Source of the DNA: Prorocentrum cordatum
Taxonomy: Eukaryota
Direction: 5' to 3'
Assembly: GCA_963575745.1 (NCBI GenBank)
Contig: CAUYUJ010000046.1
Location: 62,001 to 119,114 of the forward strand
DNA length: 57,114 bases
A program made the position numbers and the translations under genes. The notes beneath the pieces are model-generated. The model was not told where the DNA came from, ran no database searches, and saw only the letters and a list, made by a program, of their open reading frames with translations. This document shows, piece by piece, positions 49,301 to 57,114 of the stretch (its first letter is position 1; each line of letters begins with the position of its first letter).

Positions 49301-50637
49301 CAGCGGCGGCCGGCGGGGCCGCCCCGGCCGCGGGGGGAGCACCATGGCCCCGGCAACCGCGCCCGGCGGTCCCGCGAGGGCCGCGCCTACAGCCAGCAGA
49401 GCCGCTGCCGCAGGCACCAGCGCGCCCGTCCCAGGCGTGGCCAGGCCCAGGAGGGGGCCGGTAGAGCGACGAGATCTATACAGATCCACTGCTCCCTAGC
49501 CACGCCCATCCTGAACCCGGCAGCGGTGCATACGCCACGCCCTCCTGGCTTGGCCAGGAGGGCGTATACGCAGCTGCCGGTGCCGGATCAAGAACGGGCC
49601 TGGACAGGGAGCAGTGGATCTGCATAGATTTCGTCGCCTTACCGGGGCAGCCAGGTCCGCCAAGGCCAAAGGCTCTCAGCGGCGACGCCCGCGCAGCCCA
49701 TCGCCGACCGCGCGGGCTGGAAGGGCGCGCAGCGGACACGGCCCCGTGATTAGCCCGAGGCCGCACCTCCGCCCCAGGCGTCCCGGACCTCCGCTGCTGT
49801 CGGAGCCCGTCGGCATCGGTGCACCCGATGCTCCGCGATGCCCCCCACGCGGCCACCCGTAACCGCTGCTGGAATGGACCTTCGTCACGTCCACATTCGG
49901 AAACGTCGTCTCGCCGCAGTCGTCGAATCCGGGGTCCTCACGCACCCCGGCCCGGAAAGGTCCAGCCACCCACGGTGCAGCGCAGCTCCTCGGACCCGAG
50001 AATGAGTCAGGTGGAAGCCTCCAGCCACAGGCACCGCCGCCATCCTCAGGCGAGAGCTCTCCCAAGCGCTCGGCGTAAGGCCTCCGCATGCTGCACCGCG
50101 AGCGCGCCCAGGTCCTCCTCGGCCGCTGCCTCAGGCGCCGCCGCGGGCGCCACGCGTCGTCCGAACCTAGCCAACGGGGGCCTTGCCACCGCGACGCCGC
50201 CGCAACCTTAGGCCCGCAACCCAGCAACGGCGAGACGCCGGCCACCGTGGCCAGCTGGCTCCGAGGGCACATGGTCTCCCGGAGAATGAGAGGGTGCCCT
50301 CGCCGCTCGAGCGCGAGCACTGCCGCGCGGGGCATTGCAGGGAGGGGCTGCACCAGCAGTCCGGACAGGCGGGCACCGCGGCCCGCACGACGAAGGCGGC
50401 GGGCAAGGTCTTAGCGCGAGAGAATGAGACCTGAAATGGCATTGGAATGCAACGGCACGCGACCTCCCTTGCTCTAGCACGCGGCAGTCAACATCGAAGT
50501 AGCCAGCAGAAGGAGGAGGGAGAGGAGGAGGAGGAGGAGGAGAAGGAGGAGGAGGAGGAGGAGGAGGAGGATTAGGAGGAGAAGGAGGAGGACGAGGAAG
50601 AGGAGGACGAGGAGGGGGAGGCGAAGGGCAAGGGCAC

Positions 50638-50670
50638 TTTGTAGCGATTCTGTGCGGTCCGCCTGTACTC
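50638..50670 (-). CDS. Host gene micro-exon EYRRTAQNRYK
   Basis: AAG|GAG acceptor and AAA|GT donor; phase 0/0; reads directly into EDREVRAL. Confidence 0.6.
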
Positions 50671-53121
50671 CTTGGACAACTTGGGCGAAAAGGCGGTCGG
50701 CAGGACCAGAATTACTGTGAGGATACTTTGCTCAGCGTGCCGCGGCGAAGGGCCCTGCGCCACGCTGTGCCTTGCAAGCTGATGGCGTGTCGTTCCGCAT
50801 CGCGGGACGGGAGGCTGGGAAAAGGTCGGAAAGCTAATGCTTGGGGACGGGGGCGCGCCTAGCAGGCCGCGCCGAAGCGTGGGTCAAGAACCGGCGGCAC
50901 GACAAGCTAAGCTAACGCTCCTGACCAAAAACTTTCGGAGCACCACGCAAATCTCTTCGGTCGGCGCTGGATCCCCTGCGCCAGAGGCAACGCCTGAGGC
51001 ACCGCCAGCAGGGCCTAGCGCCGATCCGAGAAATCCGAATTTACGTCGCCGTCTCTTTTCCGCACCGACCCGCCACGTTGAAGAACAACTACAAGCGGGG
51101 GGCCAGCCCAAGGGAGGAAACATCGAACTTGAATCGGCGATACGTCGCCGATACATCGGCGATAGGCCCTCGATAAAGAAACCGCGCGTTCTGATACGTG
51201 CAGGGTGGGGCAGGCGATCGAGCCCCTTTATCGGCGATCCATGGGCGATTGTGGATCGATGCCTTCCCCCATGAGCCCATCCCCCCTAACGTTGCCCCTG
51301 AGTTCTTCTCCGAGTCGAGTCGCCGCACAAGCGGCGAACAAAACGACCCCAACAAGGCACCCTAGTAGCCACAAGATGCAATCGGGACCAGGGTGAGCGT
51401 ATCGGGAGTGGCCAAGAGAGGGGTGTCCAGGAGGGGGGGGTGCAAATCATGACCCGCGGCACGTGCGCGGCCCAGCGGGGGGGCCAGGGCCGTAATGAGA
51501 TAAGAAAAAGCGCCATGAAATCTGGGGAGATTATCATGGCCCCCGCCACGAGATCCCCCCCTAGTCATCACCCCCCTCGTTTCCGCCCCCGAGGGTACGG
51601 CCATGTGCACCTCAGGTGTATCCGTCGCACGGGCTCGGGGCCGCCCAGACCCCCAACGCAGCAGAGAATGGAAGCGAGAACGCGGCGCCGGAAGAACTGC
51701 TGCGGCCTAGAAGCCGGACAGCAGCGCTCGCGGGCGCACGACGCCCGCGCGCACGAGCGCAGGGGGCGCTTCTCGGGAGCTGCCCGGAGCTGCGCACAAG
51801 AGCGCAGGAAACGCCGGTTGGGAGCTCTGCGCGAGCCCTTGGGAAGCGCTGTCGTGTGAGCTGCCAGTGGGCGCTGCCCACGAGCTCAGGAAGCACTGCC
51901 TGGGAGCTCCGCGCGGGCCTGGGAGGTGCTGCCTAGGAGCTGCATCGGCGCTGCAGGCGAGTCTAGGAAGCGCTGCCTACGAGATGCACGCGACCCGAGG
52001 GAGCGCCGCCCAGGAGCTGCTTAGGCGCCTCCTGCGAACGCGGAAGCGTTTGCCTAGGAGCTGTGCGCGAGCCTGGCAGGCGCTGCGCAAGTGAAACAGA
52101 TCTGGCCCACGCAACAGGAAAGAGAAGGAAAACGTTCGCGGGACACGCTGCGGCCTCCGGCAACTCGCTTCGAGGTTCCCTGCCCCGCGGCCGCGGAGGG
52201 GAAGCTGGCACAGCCGCACATGGCCCAGCTTGCCCGCTTCTTCTCGGAAGCCCTTCAGCCCTCTCAGGGAGCAGGCCCCGGGAAACCTGCGAAGAGGCCT
52301 CGAGCGAAGCGGCTGCTGGACTGGGCGGTCTCGGGGGCTCCCCGCCCCCCCTGCGGAACTCTGCCGTGGCGCCCTCGTCCGCGCCCTCGTCCTCCTCCGC
52401 CTCCTCCTCCTCCTCCTCCTCCTCCTCCGCCTCCTCCTCCTCCTCCTCCTCCTCCTACTCCTCTGTCAGAACCCTCCAGCGACATGCCACCGCTTCTGCG
52501 AAGTAGGCGCCCGGGCCGGGTCTGGGCAACAGGACGTCGCAAGGCGCCCCCGGTGCCCCCCCCGGCATTTCAAGGTCGACGGGAGGCGATTGGCTCCTTG
52601 CGAGAGCGGGCATCCATTTCGCAACACCCCGCACCCCCCGCTGGCGCCGTCGCCCGCCAACTTTGAGGCACGGGGCGTCGGGGGAGCCCTTTCGGCATTT
52701 CTGTCGGCGGGCCTCGACGTCCTCGTCGCCTTCCACGTCCTCATCGTCCTTCTCGTCCTCGTCTTCCTTTTCGGCCTCCACGTCCTCGTCGTCCTCCTCG
52801 TCCTCGTTGTATTTCTCGTCCTCCACGTCTTCGTCGTCCTTCCCGTCCTCAACGTTTGGGGCGGGAGCCAGAAGCTCTTTCGCAAAACTCCCCACGAGAT
52901 TGTCTCGCTACCGCGACTGAACGCAGCGAGCTGGACGGGTCGTGGTCGATGGGTGCCCGAGTCCCAACCCAGCGTGCCCTGAGGCGGACGTCGTGCCGAA
53001 AGCGAAAATGCATCGGAGAGCGACGTGGAAGAAGAAGAAGAAGGAGATACCTCAGAGGACAAGGGTAGGGAGCAATGAGAGTGCATGACAATCCCCCTGC
53101 CCGCTTTCCTCGGCTACTCGC

Positions 53122-53281
53122 AAAAGTGACCCTCGGCAAGAGTGACCTCTGGCGCTCGGACTAAGGAGGCGCAAGGTGGCCGATTCCAAGCGAGCATGCA
53201 GACGCTACCGCACCGCGCTCAGCGATCGGAGAGGCCCCGATGAGCCACCACCAAGGGTCACTCTGGCGAAATGTCACTCTT
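53122..53281. mobile_element. Small MITE-like foldback
   Basis: aaaagtgaccctcggcaagagtgacctctgg versus reverse-complemented right end aagagtgacatttcgccagagtgacccttgg. Confidence 0.5.
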
Positions 53282-54059
53282 ACGTGTAGTCGATTTTCCC
53301 CTTGTTCCAATCATGATTCAATGCAAACGCACCCCCATGTCGGCGGTGGACAAGCCTCCCTTTAGTAAACCTCCCCTTAGTGAAAACGGCCTGGGACCGA
53401 AGCCGACGGACCTGGACCCGCAAAAATGATGGCCGCGACGCCCTCTCGCGAACCGAAAACGGCCAATTCGCTAATCGACGTGTCAGGGTAGGAGGTCGAT
53501 CAACCTCCGAGACAAGAGGAGGATGAGGAATCGGAGCCGAACCGCGAAGCGCGAAGAACTTCGCGCCCTCGAGGGCGCCTGTGGAAAAGTCGGATCGGAC
53601 AGAAGGGTGCTCTGAGATCAAACCCCATGAAGCGGAGGTCCGCGCGGATTCCTTGGGTCGGCGCTGGCCCACCCCCGTCGGTCCAGGGAAAGAAATCTCG
53701 CATCATTCGCGCGGCTGGGGTGCCCGCGCAAGCTTCAGCGCGCCCCCGATTCAATCGTGGCTGGCATCGCCAACGGGGCGCAGGATTCCGATCAGTCGAC
53801 AGGTCGGCAGGGTGCTGGGAGGGGGAGGGGGAGGGGGAGGGGGAGGAGGAGGAGGAGGAGGAGAGGAGGAGGAGGAGGAGGAGGAGGAGGAGGAGGAGGA
53901 GGGAGGAGGAGGAGGGGAGGGGGAGGGGGGAGGGGGAGGGGATGGAGGATGGAGGATGGAGGATGGAGATGGAGGAGGAGGAGGAGGAGGAGGAGGAGGA
54001 GGAAGACTTGCGTCGACTTGCTGGTGCACGGGACGCTTCGCGCTCCCGGCCGAGCGCTC

Positions 54060-55214
54060 CTCGGCCAGATGCCTGTGGCGGCACGCCTGCAGCGGGATGG
54101 CGACAGGGAGCCCACTGAGAGCAGCAGCTTGCCCTCCCTGCCCCCAACCAGGAGGATGAGGAGGAGGAAGAGGAACAGGAGGAGAAGGAGGAGAAGGAGG
54201 AGGAGGAGGGGGGAGAAGAGGAAGAGGAGGAGGAGGAGGAGAAGGGAGGGAGGAGGACGAGGGAGGAGGAGGAGGAGGAGGAGGAGGAGGAGGAGGAGGG
54301 GGAGGAGGAAGAAGGCCCCCAGGGCGTTCGAATGGACAGGGCCCGAGCGGCCCGGATCTCAGCCTGGAGGTGCTCTGAGCCTGCGCGGCATGGAGATCGA
54401 GCGCTCGAAGGGCCGCGCGGATCCTTGGGGTCGGCGCTGGACCCTCCCCTCCTCTCCTCCTCCTCCTCCTCCCCCTCCTCCTCCTCCACCTCCCCTCCTC
54501 CTCCTCCTCCTCCTCCTCCTCCTCCTCCTCCTCCTCCTCCTCCTCCTCCTCCTCCTCTTTTGCGCGCGGAGCGCTCCAAGGGGGCGGCGCCAGGGGGGGC
54601 GCCAGAAAGGGGGGAGGGCGCCCGCGCCGACCCGGGCGATCCGCGCAGACCTTCGACAGCCTATGTTCATGCCCCTACTTGTTTTTCCCTTCTCTCCCCC
54701 CTCCCCCTCCCCCTCCCCCCCTCCCCCTCCCCCTCCTCTTCCTCCTCCTCCTCCTCCTCCTCTTTTTCCTCCTCTTACTCCTCCTCTTCCTCCTCCTCCT
54801 CCTCCTCCTCCTCCTCATCTAGCTGTTTCTCAACCAAGCCGGATCGGATCGGAGGGACCCTGAAATCCTGGCGTTGCAATTTTTTCACAATGCGCGTGTT
54901 CACTCAATTTCGGGCCCCAGGACCCTCACAGATCGATCGGGTTCGAAAAATAATACAGAAAAACAGGGTCAGGGGCTCCGTCGTAATTTTTGCGATGTTG
55001 CAATTGTTTCGCAACGTCGGATCTCAAGGGAGTCCTGAATTGTGCTGCATGGGCACGGGGTCGAAATCGAATCGACCGTCGTTGGACGAGCGGGCGCTCT
55101 TTTTCGCCCTGGACCCTCGGGGGAGCTGTGACCCTGGGCACTTTTTCTGACCTTCGGAGTCCCGGAGGCGGGCAGACATCCAGACCTACCACCCCTCGAG
55201 GGGTCCTCGAGGTC
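54060..55214 (-). CDS. Three candidate micro-exons of the host gene (55193-55214 DLEDPSRG; 54364-54380 SEHLQ; 54060-54086 ACRHRHLAE)
   Basis: Each has a CAG|G acceptor and a GT, GC or GA donor; phases chain 0-1-0-0 between the 55484 and 50670 exons. Short, so chance matches are possible. Confidence 0.35.
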
Positions 55215-55483
55215 CTGGGGCACGGCTCCGAGGCGATGGATATGGACATAGTCTGGCGGTCGGCGATTGGATCGCATCCGTATCCAAAAGTGCATTAAAA
55301 CCGGCCGCATCGGCGCGGGGCCGGAATCGAATCGAATCGACCGCGCAAAGACGCACGACAGTGCCGTGGAGGCATCGGGCCGCATCGGATCGCCGGAAGA
55401 CCGAGGGCGAATCGGGTAGAGCGGCCAAGATTGATCCCAAGATCGATACCAAATCGGATCGACCGGGTCGCATTGGGCCCTGC

Positions 55484-55554
55484 CTTGATGATGCCGACGA
55501 AGTCGCCTCTTTCAATCTCGTCGATCTTCATCTCCAACAGCTCAGACGGCTCTC
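55484..55554 (-). CDS. Host gene exon (x)EPSELLEMKIDEIERGDFVGIIK; the gene continues beyond the window
   Basis: CAG|GA acceptor and AAG|GC donor; protein-like; resembles the ARxP-helix end of the repeat unit. Confidence 0.65.
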
Positions 55555-55738
55555 CTGCGCTACCCGCCTCCAACCTGCATCTCCCCTCCTTCCTCCATCG
55601 CCCCCATCCTCCTCCTTCGCATACGACCCTTGACATCCCCTGTCTTCCTCCCTTCTCCCCCTCTTCCTCTTCCTCTTCCTCTTCCTCCTCCTCGTCCTCC
55701 TCGTCCTCCTCCTCCTCCTCCTCCTCCTCCTCCTCCTC

Positions 55739-55739
<1 letters not shown>

Positions 55740-55779
<40 letters not shown>

Positions 55780-55839
55780 GCTACTACTACTGCTACTACT
55801 ACTGCTACTCGACTATACTACTACTACTTACTACTACTA

Positions 55840-55883
<44 letters not shown>

Positions 55884-56531
55884 TAATACTACTAATACTA
55901 CTATTACTAATATACTAACTAACACTACTACTATACTAGACTACGTACAACGACTACGACATACGACTACTACTACTACTTACTAATACTACTCTACTAC
56001 TACTACTACTACTACTACGACACTACGGACTACTAACTACTAACTTACTACTACTACTACTACTACTACTACGACTACTACGGCCTACTACGACTACTAT
56101 AATACTACTACACTACTTACTACTACTACTACATACTACGACTACTACTACTACTAATTTATTACTACTACTACTGCTGCTACTCTATAATACACTGTAT
56201 CACTGGTCTACTACTACAAACAACTACTACTACTACTACTACTAATGACTAATACTACTACCTACTACTACCTATTACTACTACTACTACGACTACTTAC
56301 GGCTACTATACGAATACTACGGGTACTACACCACTATTACTACCACAACTACACTTACTTACTACTACTATACTACTACTACTACTACTACTACTATACT
56401 ACTACTATTACTACTACTCTACTTTCAACGACTTACGACTACTACTACTATACTACTACTACGACTACATACTTACTAATACCTACTGCTACTACTACTT
56501 ACTACTCCTACTCTTACCCCTACTCCTACTC

Positions 56532-56583
<52 letters not shown>

Positions 56584-56670
56584 GATCAGTACGACTACTA
56601 TTACAACAACTACCATCACTAGTACTACAACAACAACAACTACAACTACAACTACTACTACTACTACTAG

Positions 56671-56723
<53 letters not shown>

Positions 56724-57114
56724 TTACTAGTACTACTACGAATATTACGACTACTACTACTACTACTCCTACTACTACGACTACTGCGACTACGACTACG
56801 ACTACGACTACGACTACTACTACTACTACTACTACGACTACTACTACTTCTTCGTCTACTACTACTTTACTGGTGCGACGACGACCCCGACGACGACTAC
56901 GAACATGATTGTAACTGGGACTGCGACTACGACCTTGACGACGACTACAAGTACGACGACCACTACGACTACGACTACGACTACGGCCATTACGAGGCCT
57001 ACTACAACTACGACGACCACCACCAACACCGCTGCGACCACTATTACTACTATTACTACTACTACTACTACTATTACTACTACTACTACTACTACTTCTA
57101 CTACTACTACTACT
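55740..57114. repeat. (TAC)n microsatellite to the window end
   Basis: Directly visible; source of the poly-Y/T/L ORFs. Confidence 0.95.

Larger units (their letters stand above)
41590..50505 (-). mobile_element. Decayed DIRS-type (tyrosine recombinase) retrotransposon
   Basis: Order on the minus strand: gag-like, RT fragment, RNase H, YR, MTase-like domain. Flanked by GGA tracts on the + strand. Ends approximate. Confidence 0.82.

Noticed and set aside
41590..50505. DIRS terminal/split repeats (ITR/ICR)
   Set aside because: I could not find convincing matching terminal repeats by eye, so the boundaries are left approximate.
52705..52855. Acidic (DEDVE)n or hydrophobic (VLVVL)n protein segment
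   Set aside because: Degenerate GTCCTC-type simple repeat.

Overview
Repeat-saturated eukaryotic genomic DNA, almost certainly from a dinoflagellate. Evidence: two near-perfect (21/22) and one degenerate copy of the dinoflagellate spliced leader DCCGTAGCCATTTTGGCTCAAG, GC/GA splice donors, and very large (CCT)n/(CAT)n/(TAC)n tracts. A Prorocentrum-like genome is my inference. Most ORFs in the supplied track are microsatellite artefacts. Real content: (1) A host gene on the minus strand with short exons scattered over ~38 kb (55554 down to 17640), encoding a tandem ~65-aa helical repeat plus an RS tail. (2) Nested in its introns, all in host orientation: a decayed DIRS-type tyrosine-recombinase retroelement with a C5-methyltransferase-like tail (~41.6-50.5 kb); a full-length but frameshifted LINE (32740-40524) that begins exactly with the spliced leader, sits in (TCC)n and carries an unusual duplicated C-terminal domain plus an extra 3' ORF; an intron-containing Merlin/IS1595-type transposase pseudogene preceded by a degenerate spliced leader (23313-25440); and a ~200-bp SL-headed element sharing the LINE's 5' leader (18685-18887). 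(3) A decayed Helitron (9537-13506, + strand) with four tandem N-terminal C4 zinc fingers, related Helitron 3' ends elsewhere, and a ~1.5-kb inverted repeat pair bracketing the region. (4) Several MITE-like foldbacks, minisatellites and a 100-N gap. The most intriguing theme is SL-capped mobile elements that appear to be copied from trans-spliced RNA and land in (TCC)n tracts of host introns. All calls are from reading the sequence by eye; no searches were run.
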